Under the pieces are notes generated by a model that was not told the origin of the DNA, did not search any database, and saw nothing but the letters and a program-made list of their open reading frames with translations. 64,000 nt of DNA from the human T2T-CHM13v2.0 reference genome, Homo sapiens: the NCBI RefSeq assembly GCF_009914755.1, contig NC_060938.1; one strand, 5' to 3'. Positions within the stretch are counted from its first letter, which is position 1. The number at the start of each line of letters is the position of its first letter. The position numbers and the translations under genes were made by a program. This document shows positions 41,880 through 55,845 of the stretch, in pieces.

Positions 41880-44281
41880 GACTATGTTATTGTTAAACTT
41901 TAAGAGAACAGGTTAAATTTTGTGGCAGGAATTACAAAGGGACAAAGAGCAAATAAGAAAAAAAAAAAGAGAGAGAGAAAGCTGGGGTAAATGAATCTTT
42001 ACTGAAATTTAGCTGTAACAGCTGTAAATAACACTGGAGGTATGTACAAAAATACACTCCTTGATGAATCCCAGTAATTCTTTTGGAATGATTACCAACT
42101 TTTGATTTGAATCTGTGCTAAAATACCTGGAATACTTTAGGCCTTTTTGACTTTTTGGTCTATAAGTTCTTTTGTCTCAAGGAAGCTTGTTTTTGAGAGT
42201 CTCAATCAATTGTCCTCTTTGGTCAATTTACAGGATAGCACTGCAGAGTCCATCTGAATACACAGACAATATGTATGAGAGTTAATTAAGGAAAGTATTG
42301 ATGAAAGCATAATTTGTTTCTGAAGCTTATCAACTGAAATGGATATTAATCCAAGGTCCTGCACAATAGCAGACTTGACACATCTATTTCCTGGGGAAAC
42401 AAATTATATTTATTTTTGAAATATTATTCATAAGACTTTACTTGAACTTGATAAATGTAACTGTCTTGATGATATCATCCACACACTTTTTTGTTATGTG
42501 AGAGACTATACTGATATCTAGGCAATGATATAGACTTACAGTGGGTTATCGTAGCATGATAGAGGCTGGGGCTACCAGTAAGCAACTCAGTTTTGCAAGG
42601 TAACCTATTGTGCATCTGTCTGCACGGAGAAGTCAATCTTTTTGTAGATTTTAAGTATTCTTAAATTTATGTTTTCCATTTGTTCATCAAAGCAAATATT
42701 TATTGTTCAAACTTTCATTTTTCTGTACCATTACATTTTCTTAATAACATCTGGAAGACATTTCTTAATGTTAAATTAAAATATTAGCAAGAAGCTTACA
42801 CATGTATGACCTAAACTGTAAGCTGAGGAACTGAGTCCTATTGCAGTAAGTAATATTTTGTGCGCTGAAGGGAGGATTTATTACTAAACTTGAACATTCA
42901 CAATGAGCAATGTCACTCTCATTGGCTGACATATCCAGCTTTTTTTCTGGATTTTTCACTTAGCTATAAGTTCAATAAGAATTTTTCGTACATCTTCTGT
43001 CAAGAAAAATAGAGTAATCTCATCAAAACTTGGCATAGCAAGAATTTGAAGTGTTATTTTTTGACTATTATAGTAAATGAATGACAGAAATAATATATGT
43101 TGTCATGACTATTATTTCTTTGCTTTTGAGATAGGAAAATTTTCTTTTATAATTAGGTTATTTTAGTTAAACTATTTGCATGTAATTGTTTATACAACTG
43201 ACTCCTAAAATACATTCAGGGAATTCTTAAGTCATTATTAATAAAAAATGCTTTGCAAAATAGAGACATATGATGTGAAACCTCATAAATATCCTCAGTC
43301 TGTATCCTGATAAAATAAGCAGAGAAAGATTAACAAATACATAAACTTTACATAACATATACATAAACTTTATTTTTTAGCCATCAAAAATCTATGGATA
43401 TGCATTGTTTTTCTGAGAATTTGTATTCAGGAAAAGATGCTTTGAAAGGTATAGTTTAAATGGATGTTCCTATAGAAACCATGTTACCATAGAAAGTCAC
43501 TTTCCTGACCAAAGACATGATGCCTAACTTCTAGAAGAAATGATTACTGGTATCATAGATAACAAATTAAAAGTAATATGAACTGTCTTTTACTTGGAAG
43601 ACTTTCCAAAGATATACACATCAGCTAAACAGAGTGGTGCAATAGCTAATCTTACTTCTAATTAATGAATGAAATGATCAATAGAAGTGAATGTGCAGGT
43701 CAAGGACAGAAGGTGGGGACAAGAGAAAACAGCCAAAGTTCCCCTGGGAGTGAAGGCCAGACAGTTTCCAAGATGGAGCCAGGACTTGGCAAGGCTTCAT
43801 GGAAGAAGCTTGTGGGCAGATGGCATGAGACCGTTCACAAATCACTGCTGGTGGTGCCTTTAATATTGTAGATATTTTTAAATCTTAGATGTACCCATTA
43901 TGTGGTAGATACGCATGTGTTTTCGAAAAAATACAGTGACATCTTTATTTGTCTGTATGTGTGATGATCCCCTTCTCTTTACCTAAATGACATTGTGCTT
44001 TAGTTAGGTATTTTTCCATTTCCATTTTTTTTTTAACTCAACGGTATGTTTTTAAGATTCTTCCACAATGCTCTCAGCAATCCAGTTCATTGCTTCTACA
44101 AGCTGCTTGATATATTAGGATATTGATTTAATGCCATTTACTCTTGCCTCCATGGTATAATCAAGCTCTGGAAATTGAGTTGTTTTTTTTTTTACTTCAG
44201 TGAATTCCTGGACTGTCTTATAAACCTAAATAATAATTGAAAATTGTATTACTCTTAATTCTACTAAAAAATATTGAAATA

Positions 44282-44692
44282 CAGGCAGTCCCTAACTTAT
44301 GATGGTTCGGTTTACAATTCTTTTACTTTACAATGGTGTGAAAGCTATATATATTCAGTAGAAATTGGACTTTGAATTTTGAATTTTGATTATTGGGCTA
44401 TGAATATGTGGTATGATACTGTCTCTTGATGTTGGGCAGAGACAGTAAGCCGCAGTTCCCAGTCAGCCAGGCAATCATGAGGGTAAATGCCAGTACCCTA
44501 TGGTGTACTGTGTTGCCAGATGATTTTGCCCATCTGTGGGCTAATGTAGTGTTCTAAGCATAGTAATGTAGGCTAAGCTAAGCTATGATGTTCAGTAGGT
44601 TAGGTATATTAAATGCATTTTCTACTCATGATATTTTCAATTTATGATGGGTTTCTCAGGATGTAACCCCATCATAAGTCAAGAAGCATTTT
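44282..44692 (-). mobile_element. MER47B (Tigger-derived MITE)
   Basis: Ends ta|caggcagtccctaacttatgatgg ... ccatcataagtcaagaagcat; internal gcagttcccagtcagcc and ctaagctatgatgttcagtaggttagg; about 410 bp. Confidence 0.82.
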
Positions 44693-44811
44693 AAAATAGG
44701 GACTATTTAGATAGAGTTTTAAAATATTTTGCAATCCTTGAAGTTACAAACCAAGTTTTTAATTTACTGAAATTGATTTAGAACCATCTGCATAAGATCT
44801 ATCTTGTTGGT

Positions 44812-45181
44812 CTTTTTTCCAACTTTTATTTCAGATTTAGGGGATACATGTGCAGGTTTGTTACATAGACAAATGTGTGTTCCAGAGGTTTGGTGTACAG
44901 TTTATTTCATTACCCAGGTTATGAGCATAGTACATGATGGTAGTTTTCTGATCCTCAGCCTCCTCCCATTCTCAACCCTCAAGTAGGTGCTGGTGTGTCT
45001 CTTGCTGCTTTCTTTGTGTCCAAGTGTACTCAATGTTTAGTGCCCACTTTTAAGTGAGAACATGTGGTATTTGGTTTTCTGTTCCTGCATTAATTCACTT
45101 AGGATAGTAGCCTCCAGCTGCATCCATGTTTTTGCAAAGGACAAGATTTTGTTAATTTTTATGGCCATGCAGTATTCCATT
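44812..45181 (-). mobile_element. Old L1PA (PA13-16-like) 3' end
   Basis: caacttttatttcagattta gggatacatgtgcaggtttgttac...aagtgagaacatgtggtatttggttttctgttcctgcattaattcacttaggat. Confidence 0.9.
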
Positions 45182-45384
45182 CACCTTGTTTTTATATTAT
45201 ACATATAAACAAAAGCATCTCTAAATGATGTTTCTCAAGATACACAGTGAACTACAGGATGGAATCAACAAAGGATTTTACTGTAATCTATGTTTAGGAA
45301 ACATAGGAGGTTACTTATTAAATATATTAGACATAAAAGCTCTGAAAAAAGAACAAAGCTTTTAGCACTAGAGTGATGCTTAAG

Positions 45385-45585
45385 AACATTGCCCTATAGT
45401 AGTTAGATTCTGCAAACCCAGGTGGAACCTTATTTCATATCTTAGCTCTAACATTTGCTACCTGTGTCACATTTGGCAAAGTTCTCTGCCTCTGTTTCTT
45501 TATCACTAAAGATTATTACTAAATTAAAATATGTTGCTTTTGGTAAAATTCTTAGGACATTACCTGATACATTATAAACCATACA
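45385..45585 (+). mobile_element. MIR
   Basis: cttagctctaacatttgctacctgtgtcacatttggcaaagttctctgcctctgtttctttatc. Confidence 0.65.
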
Positions 45586-45897
45586 TATATGGATGATGAG
45601 TATAAAATCATTCACAAAAATACCTTTAACCTATTGTGGTTGATTCTAATATTTTTTTACTCAGTTTAATTTTCCTATGAACAGTGATGGTCATATGTAC
45701 TACATTGATATAATGACTCATGATATACAATTTTAAAAAATTAACACAGATTGTTATCTTCTTGGAAAATCATAATGTACAGAAACCATTTAAAAATGTG
45801 GAGATGTCCTGCAGAGAAAAGAAAACCCTACTTATCATTTCTTAGACAGCACTTCTAAAGTTTACTTGTTCATAGAAATCTTTTCATCTAAACCAGG

Positions 45898-46511
45898 TTT
45901 AGCAGATCAAATTCTAAGATGGACTCCCCACAAGATTTCCTGCCTTAACCTTTTGATTTGTGAATGTAACAAAAGAGTATGCCCTGGTTGTGTTACCTTA
46001 CATTGAAAAAGTGATTTTTCGGATGTAACTAAAGTCACTGAACAGTTGACTTTCAGCTAATCAAAAGGGAGACTATTCTGGTGGGCCTAACCTGATCACA
46101 TGAGCCTTTTGATAGCAGAGTTAGTTTTCTCTAGTTGGCAGCAGAAAGAAAATCAGAGAGATTCAAAGTGTAAGAAAGATGTTGCATGCTGTTGTGTTCA
46201 TGGCTTTAAAAATGGAAGGGGCCACATGCAAGGACCAAACAATTGCCTTTAGGAGCCTAGGGTAACTGCCATCCAATAGCCAGCAAGGAACTGAATTCTA
46301 CCAACAACCTGAGTGAGTTTAACAGTAGATTCTTCCCTACAGCCTACAGATTGGCTGATACTTTGATTTTGGATTTGTGAGGCCCTGAGCAGAGAATCCA
46401 GGCATTTGCGCCCAGACTTTTGAACTAATGAACTGTGGGATAATAAAGAGATGTCACCTTCAACTAATAAATTTGTGGTAATTTGGTACACAGTAATAGA
46501 GAATTAATACA
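45898..46511 (+). mobile_element. MaLR solo LTR (MLT1E-like)
   Basis: aattctaagatgg...aatcaaaagggagactattctggtgggcctaacc...ccagcaaggaactgaattct...aataca; TSD ccagg / ccaga. Confidence 0.85.
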
Positions 46512-46809
46512 CCAGAACACAACTCTAAATCAAAATACGCCAACAATAAAAGAGTAAGTGCAATTTCAACATGAAAAGAAAGATGTAAGAGAGGATTTCA
46601 TGTTGTTTTCAAGTTTGGTTATGCCTTACTGGTACAAGAAAGCAAAAATGTCAGTTTGTGAAGGGGTAGCATTGTTTTACATACACTATGTTTTAAAAAC
46701 AACACCCTATAAAAAGTAGCAGCAATAAAGCAAGGCAAGAACAAATAAAATTACCAACTCCTTTTTGTGGACTTACTCTGTTTCTTGTGTCTGGAAAGAC
46801 TTTTCCACT

Positions 46810-47300
46810 ATTCCACCACCTCAAAAAGAAATCCCATAAACCTTTAACTATCAAACCCTTACCCCTTTTTCCTTCCTTGGCTGAAAACAACCACTGTCTC
46901 CATAGATCTTTCTATTGTGGACTTCCTATGAATAGATTCATATCATATATGGACTTTTAAAACTGGCTTATTTCACTTAGCATAATGTTTTCAGTCATAT
47001 CAATCTTGTAGCATGTATCAACACTTCATTTTTTATGGCCAAGTAATATGCCATTGTATAGATATACCACATTTATTTATCTATTTGTACATTGATGAAC
47101 ATTTGGGTTGTTTCTATCTTTTGGCTATTATAAATAACTGCTATAAACATTTGTGTACAAGTTTGTGTATGAACATATGTTTTCATTTCTATTGGATATA
47201 CCCTAGGAGTGAAATTTCTAGATAATATCTGAATTCTGTTTAATCCATTCAGGAACTACCTGACTTCATAGAAAATTCACCATTTTACATGCCCATCATC
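46810..47300 (-). mobile_element. Old L1M (MB/MC-like) 3' region
   Basis: ctggcttatttcacttagcataatgttttc...attgatgaacatttgggttgtttc...ccctaggagtgaaatt. Confidence 0.82.
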
Positions 47301-47510
47301 TCTGTATTTCATTCCAGGATGTTCTTACCCCAGAATTTACTAACTAGGTTTCCTTTCTTTGGAAGATTCTTAGTCTTCAATAAGCAGCATCATGACTTTT
47401 CCATGATGCTCTTCCATCCTGATGCAAGTGCAGTTATTCCATAGCTTTCCACCTTATGATCTCCATCCATTTACCTCCCTATCACACACACAGTTCTATA
47501 GCATGATCAT

Positions 47511-47830
47511 TGTGTTAGTTAAGGTTTCTGTTCAGAAAAAACAAAACCATGCAGAAAGAGGCTTTCTACAGGGAATTACTTTTTTAGAAAAGCATTGCAA
47601 GCAGATTATCATTAGACTTTTTGCTATAAGATCGCAAATCCCTGCTATTCCCAGGGCTACTTCCACTGCCATCATATATGCTGATGGTTGATGACAAGGG
47701 AGCAGAACGTTCAGCCTGTCTGAAGCAAAAACCTTCCTGTCAAAACTTGCTTGCCAGCCACCACTGCCCCTAAATGCCATGTGAATGCAGCTAATTCACA
47801 TCTAGAAACCCGGTTTCCAAAGGAGTCTAT
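47511..47830 (-). mobile_element. Ancient MaLR/ERVL LTR relic
   Basis: Starts tgtgttagttaaggtttc...aaaacaaaacca, like the reverse end of old MLT1 LTRs; the body is too diverged to name. Confidence 0.35.
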
Positions 47831-48832
47831 GTTGTATGATTTTTATCCTCCTAACCTCTCCAAATAAGAGAGTAAAATGATGTATGATAAAACAAGTTCA
47901 AGTAACTACCAGTTTATATGTAGTTGAGTTCATTTCTCTGGTTGTTCCTCAGTGACTTTGGAGTGTCTCATCCTCAAACCCCACATCCCTTCACACTTGG
48001 CAATAGCTGCAGTTCTACCTTGGTCTGTTAAGAATTATGCGGGTGGTGGTGGGGGAATTGGGGGGAAATGTGCCTCGCCTATGGAACAGTATCGTTGACT
48101 ATTTATTTCTTTTATTTCCTCTCAGTCAAGTTGGTGTGTATCTGCAAAGGCGATGGAAAGGAGTTCTTACATATGCATATTCTGAAGAAGGATGTTACCC
48201 TTACTGAAAAACTTATTCCAAGATATGTTTAATCAATCATGAGAAAAATAAAGAGACATCCTTATGAATGGAGAATAAAGTCCTCAGGGTTTTTTTCTAA
48301 TTCCCCATGTGAATGAAGAGCTGTGTTATTCTAAATATAGTGTTTGTCATAAGGCAATTGTGTTGGTTTGAGTCCTTAGTCGCTGTGACACTGATAGAAT
48401 TCCTATCTCCAATTGGAAGGTAAGTTGACCTTGCCTCACTTTTGGGCATTTACAAAGTAAAAGTGTCTTCATATTCCAGGTTACAATCCTCATAGAGATG
48501 CAGGAAGAGTCCAAAACTACCAAGGCAGACAGAAATGCACCATTGAGCTCTGCTGTTGAAAGCATCTGATGGTGGCCCATTCTGATGAGACATTGGACTT
48601 CCCTAGTAGGAAAGTTTGGTTTGGGGACTCCTGTCTTTCTGGCTCAGATTTTCTTAGAGCTGCACTGCAGTCTGAGACTCTACCTGCCCCACTCTCTTTC
48701 TTTCCCTTTCTTGTCAACAACATCAGTTCTGCATTGCAGTCTGAAGGATTTCTCTGCCTGATCCTGCTTTCTCCTCTTTATTCTTTGCAGTTGTTTCTAA
48801 CTGCAGAATCTCTTGAAAGTCTACTCCCATCT

Positions 48833-49416
<584 letters not shown>

Positions 49417-50928
49417 AATTGTTTTGAAGATGGTGAATATGGGATTATCACCTCACCTGAGAATAGGAGTGAGAGAAATTGAATAAATATAGAGAAGTGA
49501 AGTTATTTCAATAAGAATTTTTAAATTTAAAGTCATGTAGATTCTGAGATGAGATCATATTAGAAGACAAGTTAGAAATGGACTACTTAGCTTTAAGAAA
49601 GAGTTAACATCTAGGTACATATCAATAATGGCTAAATCTATGAGCATTCTCCTTGAATGATGAAACTCCATCTTTGTTTCAGTCATGGAATTGCGCTGTT
49701 GAACTTTTTGTGTCCTGTCTAGGGCAAGTCTTAACTGCATCAGCCCTCATTACAGGTTAAATACACCCAAAGTCCCTAATCAACATTCACTGCATGTGTT
49801 TGTAAGTAAAAGCATTTGCGTTTCAATTATGGAAGAGTCTTTACTGTAATATGGAGACTATCTGAGCTTACTTTTGTTATTTCTGTAAAAGTAAGTTACC
49901 AGCCCACATTTATCTATTAACTTTTTGCAATAATTGTAGTATAATTTGTGAGCTTATTAAGAATGTGATTGTTTTTTAAATATTTGGAAACATTCTTTCT
50001 ACAAAATACTAATAGCTCAGATGGGAAATATTTTGAATAATTGTATGTTTTAAGTATAGTCAATAAATCAAATAAATTTCAATTCATAACATTTTTCATT
50101 AGATGACAATGTTATATAAACTTAATATAGTTTCAGTGATAGGTTATATTTGTTTTTTCTTCCTATTCCCTTAGTTCATCTTGAAGCTCATTCTGGGTGT
50201 GTAACTGATTCCAAAGGCAATTTCCCTTCATCCTCAGTTTTAGGAACTCCCAGGAACCAAAGCTTAAATATCTATTTTCTTAGGAAGGCTACATTTATAT
50301 AAATGTATTAAGCCTGATCCCTCTCTGAGAGCAAATATAATTACATTTGTTTTTCCCAGTTTGTAATAAAACTTTAAATAAAGATCTCTAGATAAAGGAC
50401 TTTTACCCCCCTGGTTAAAATCTGCTTTCTTGTTTACTTAACATTTGGTGGTGATGCAATGTATAAGGTATCGGCCAAGGAATGACTCTGTCTTTTCCTG
50501 TTGTTTTCTTCTACAGGTTGTGTTTCACATGGATGTGGGTATGGTATGCCACAGCAATATGACATCTTGATTATGTGTATCTGTCAAGACTGTTTTAAAG
50601 AACATTCTCACCTCAGATTTCTTAGGTCATAACATTATATTCTTGGTATTCACAGCCTAAACTGTCATGCAGATGGAATACACTTTGCTTTCTTGGTGAT
50701 CTGTGGTATAGAGAATGAGTTCCAGTTACCATGGGAAATGTATTTGTTTGTTGGCTTGTTTCTTGTCTTAATAGTGGTTTGTATTAAAAGTAAAATCAGA
50801 AAAATATCTAAAAAATCTATTGAGATGGTGGCGAACATTACGAATCTTAACCTTCTTATAGAATACCCAAAGAACAGATCTAAAGAATTTCAATAATGAC
50901 CATAGGTTATGTCAAATAGTACATTAGC

Positions 50929-50951
50929 TATATATATATATATATATATAT
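50929..50951. repeat. (TA)n microsatellite
   Basis: Pure TA run. Confidence 0.9.
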
Positions 50952-51609
50952 CTGTAATAAATAATATTTTGATTAATTTTCCACCAGATATATACATATG
51001 TAATTTTCCTGCTAATATATATTTGTACCAAATCTGTACATTTGAACTTTCCCTTCCAAACGTTTTTTTATTTGGGTATAGTTATTAGCAGTCATCTGTA
51101 GCAGGTCAGAGTGCTGGAAGAGAGGCTGGTAGACATCAAAATAAATGACTTCCGTGCCACATCTGAGATGCCCTAGAGGCCGAGATCATGATTCCCTTTG
51201 TCAAATAAACTAAAAGTTCTAGAATTTTCAGACTCCTGTTAGTTTCTGCTACCACTTAAGTGTTAATAGCTAATAATAGAGCAAGCTTGATTACTACCTT
51301 GGTGTCCTAAAACGGATGTTGGCCTGCCAGGTAATGTCCCTCCATTTGCATCTTGTTTTTTCTATCTATGTAGCCATGGAGAACACGTGCCACAATTTAC
51401 AGGGGATGGTCATCTTATCTGTAAAATAAAGTGTTCCCGTCAGATGATCCCCAGTATGCTGAGTTGTGTTTCTCTGGTATTTTAATTAATTTATTATTAT
51501 TATTATTACTGTTAATTTTATGTCTGATGAAGTGGCAAAAAAGGAGCTCTACCTGCTTTGGTTGCCAAAACTATCATGAATATTTTTAAATAGTATCAGA
51601 GGTTGATGA

Positions 51610-51945
<336 letters not shown>

Positions 51946-53789
51946 TGATTTTTATTCAAGAGTCTATAGTTGTTTTTCCTTTTTTTCTTATTTTCTACTT
52001 AACTTCCAGGAGGCATGAGTGTGGACTGAATGGAACACTAAGATTTCTTCCAGTTCTATGATTTTATGAATTATTACTTGATAACTCTATATATTGGCAA
52101 TGACATAGATGAGAAGTTTTCCTGATTTCTATTCCACTTCTTTTTTTTTTTTGCTTCTCTTTCTCCTAGGAAAACAATATTTTTTTCCCCAGATTACCAT
52201 ATCTTACTGTAGTAAAGAATAATTAAAATATTCAAAAGCAAAGCGTCACTGGCTGCCAAGGCTCTTAAAAATGCTCAAACATATTTTAGGTCTGTAAAGA
52301 TTATCTTTTCTCATTCTTCATACAACACTAAAATATTAATCCTGACCATAGTGTGACTATATTAGTATTAGTATGAGTACTTTTAGATGCTTAGTAATTA
52401 GTTCTGCAAAAGATTGATAAAAGACACTATCATATCTATGAGAATTCGAGAATCATAACTTGTCTTCCTGTTTTAAATGCATGCTTAGATAACTAAAAAT
52501 AATTTTAAACTGTTATCAGTCTCATTATTTTTAGTGAAAAATACACCTTTCTCCAGATACATATTCCTTTATCTGGGAAATATAGATGGAATCAGTGATA
52601 TACCTGTTGCTGAGCACATTATTATATCATTAATGCTTATATATTTCAAATTATATGCATATTCTCTCCAGAGTGATTAGATCCCTTCTACAGTTAGGGT
52701 AATGAAGGCTTTATTTGCCTGAGGGGACACAGGGAACCATTTAGGAGAGTGAGGCAATTAAGCAATTATATAACATTTTGAAAACATTCAATACTTCCCA
52801 CCATTTGATTTGTACTTCTGGAGAACTGCTTTTCTCATACTAGCTGGTTAGAATAGTAAAAATCCTCACACCCTCCCCTCCCATCTGTCATTTTTTTTGG
52901 TCATGAAATTATACCTCATTTTACAAAATGCATTTTTCTGAGAAACTAATGCTTACATTGAATTTTGCAAGTTTAATAATTAAGGATTGGAATGTTTTAT
53001 TTAAAATAATTAAGATTATTTTTTAAAAGTATCACGTGTGAAAGTAATTATCACCCCCAAATTGTATTTTGCAAATTGTGCCTATTTTATCACTACTATA
53101 CATTTAGGACGAAAAGAAAAAAAGTTGGGGGTGGATAATCTATCATAAAACAAAAAGAAAAACTCTTGAGTCAGTGTTACTTTTCATTGGGGAAAAGGCA
53201 GGTGGGAAAAATAGATAAATACAAGTTAGAGTTAATCCTAAAATCTCATTACAGCTTAAAATATCAATCTCTAGAAATACAAAACATTTGCCAAAATAAT
53301 TGTTAATATGTGCAACACTACCCAAATTAAAAAATGCAATTCTCCCTTCTGCTAGTCCTCCTTCTGTACCAATATAATTAGCAATAAAATTGAAGGCAAC
53401 AAAAATAAGAAAAGACATAATGATCCTGGAAAATCTACAAAATGGATTATCATTTTCTAACAATTGTTAATACACTGTGTTTTTTATGTGGTGGTGTGAT
53501 AACATTTTTTTCTTGCTTTCTTGTAAGTTAGGTACTGTGCTATATTTATCTTTGACAGGGCACCTAGCATCTGATAGAAATTCTAAACAGCAAATGGTAG
53601 TATGATATTTTTATTATCTATGCCTCTTAAAACTCTGGCCAATAGCAAGTAACACCATTTCCACCTCCCAGAGGAGAAAGATAAACACAAAAGGAGCTTA
53701 AGTGGATAAATCACATAGCATGGACACAGAATCTTTTCTAAATAAATAACCTATTAAAATAGAAGTTGGCAGTCTTATAAAAAGAAAAT

Positions 53790-54200
53790 AAAAGTTCTGA
53801 TGAGGAAACCTGGGTTGTTTCTCAGCTCTAACTACAAAAATAAACATCCTTGAGAAATTGCTGAACCTCCTTGTTCTTGCTTAATGTAAAATGAGAGGGC
53901 AAGATTAAATGATCTCAAAGCTCCCTTTCAGTTCAGGGACTGTGAAATAATATGGTAAATAGGCTTACTTAGGACCTTCTCGGGCACTAGCACTTTAAGA
54001 GTTTTACGTGGATTGTATAATCATCAAAATAATCCTGCATAATAGACACCATTGTTAGTTGCATTTTATGAAGAAAGTGAGGCTTAACCATTGAAGTATT
54101 TTACACAATGTCATGTGTTTAGGGAGCAGCCAAGGTGAAGTTTTCAACCAGGCCGACCAACTTCAGAGTCCACTGGCTTCAAAACAGTGCTTTACATCCT
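53790..54200. mobile_element. MIR fragments (+ 53790-53945; - 53960-54200)
   Basis: aacctgggtt...tgtaaaatgagaggg...atgatctcaaagctccctttcagttc; ttttatgaagaaagtgaggctta...ttcaaccagg. Confidence 0.6.
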
Positions 54201-54849
54201 CCTTCCAACATTATTCACAAGCCGATCAAGACTGAGAGAGTCACAAGTGTGTGAAACCTGTATTCTTTCTGACTTCATTTTCCCTGGTAAGATGGTTACT
54301 TGCCCACCAATCTGGCTTATGCTACAGTGAAACACAACTTCTTTATGGTTAACGTTTTTGTCTGTGCTCATTCTTTAGCTGTAATCAAGAGGGTGGCACA
54401 TCTTCCAATAGGATATTTATCCTGTGTATTTTCCAAAAACTGGCCATGCAGTCACTAAACATGGATCAGAGAGAGGTTCATGGAAATTATAAATGAACAG
54501 TCAGGAGAGAGTCTTTTGTGGCAAAATTACAGGAATGTCTCCTCAGGTCAAAGTCAAAGTAAGGATGAATTAACTCCCGAAGCAATTTTGAAAAGGTGAA
54601 ATTCAATGATATTGCAGTTGTTGGACCAGGTGTTAAAATGTTATTGGGTGTTAATTTAATTTTCATCCTGTCAACACTCATCTGAACTGTAACAGCTGCT
54701 AAACACAGTTCCACAAGAGCAAACTATCCTCACAGAGGAAGCAGATGCCTAATCAATAGGGCCAATAGAAATGTATGGCTCAGCCAAGCAACACACACAA
54801 GGGGGAATGAATCCCATAGGACTCTGTCTAACCTGAATGAAAAAGAACT

Positions 54850-55045
54850 TAATGATGGTGAGGCTATTGAAGCAGTAAGAACAGGAGACTGAAAGTCCTG
54901 GATTGGCTTCCCATTGACTCTTTTTTTTTTTTTTTAATTCTGCATGACCTTGGATGGGACAATGCCTTAGTTTCTCTGTCCCCCTGAGCTTGCAGAGGTA
55001 TTGTAGATGGAGTTTCAAATCTATTGCTATTTTTACTGCTATTAT
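54850..55045 (+). mobile_element. MIR fragment
   Basis: caggagactgaaagtcctggatt...catgaccttggatggg...ccttagtttctctgtc. Confidence 0.5.
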
Positions 55046-55513
55046 CATTTCATAGGTCTTGCACAGTTCTGAGTAAAAATCAGCTTTTTCTTAACAAAAT
55101 GTAACTTTCTTGAGCTTCTAATATTAAAAGATAATAATGATGAGGTAGTAATAGTTAATAGCTGTCCTTCATTGCAACCTAGGGTGGAAATGAATAGATG
55201 ACTTATCACTGAGAAAGGGAATTTTTAGATTTGAATAGTTTTTGAGTACTATAATTTAAAACATACTAAGATATGTTACCTCCCCTTCTGGAGATTTTCA
55301 AATAGAAAGTAGATCGTTGCGTTTAGACGAAATATAATCTTACCTAGAAACAGTGGTTTGACTATATAACCTCTTAAGGTCAATTAGAGCATGCATTTAA
55401 TAGTTTTCTATAAGCTAGTATACCTCATCCAGAAGGTCAGCTTTATTTATGCATCTCATACTTGGTTATAGATCCCCCTGGGAGCATGTGGTGGTGTGGG
55501 GCTGAAATATTAC

Positions 55514-55845
<332 letters not shown>

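Noticed and set aside
48480-48569. Possible terminal exon ccag|VTILIEMQEESKTTKADRNAPLSSAVESI*
   Set aside because: Modest acceptor, unrecognised peptide and no upstream coding exons found.
48660-48744. 16-bp near-identical direct repeat ctgca(c/t)tgcagtctga
   Set aside because: Only two copies with no array structure; not CRISPR-like.
53143-53463. 106-aa minus-strand ORF in unique DNA
   Set aside because: No recognisable domain, non-ATG start, AT-driven composition and no splice signals; expected by chance.
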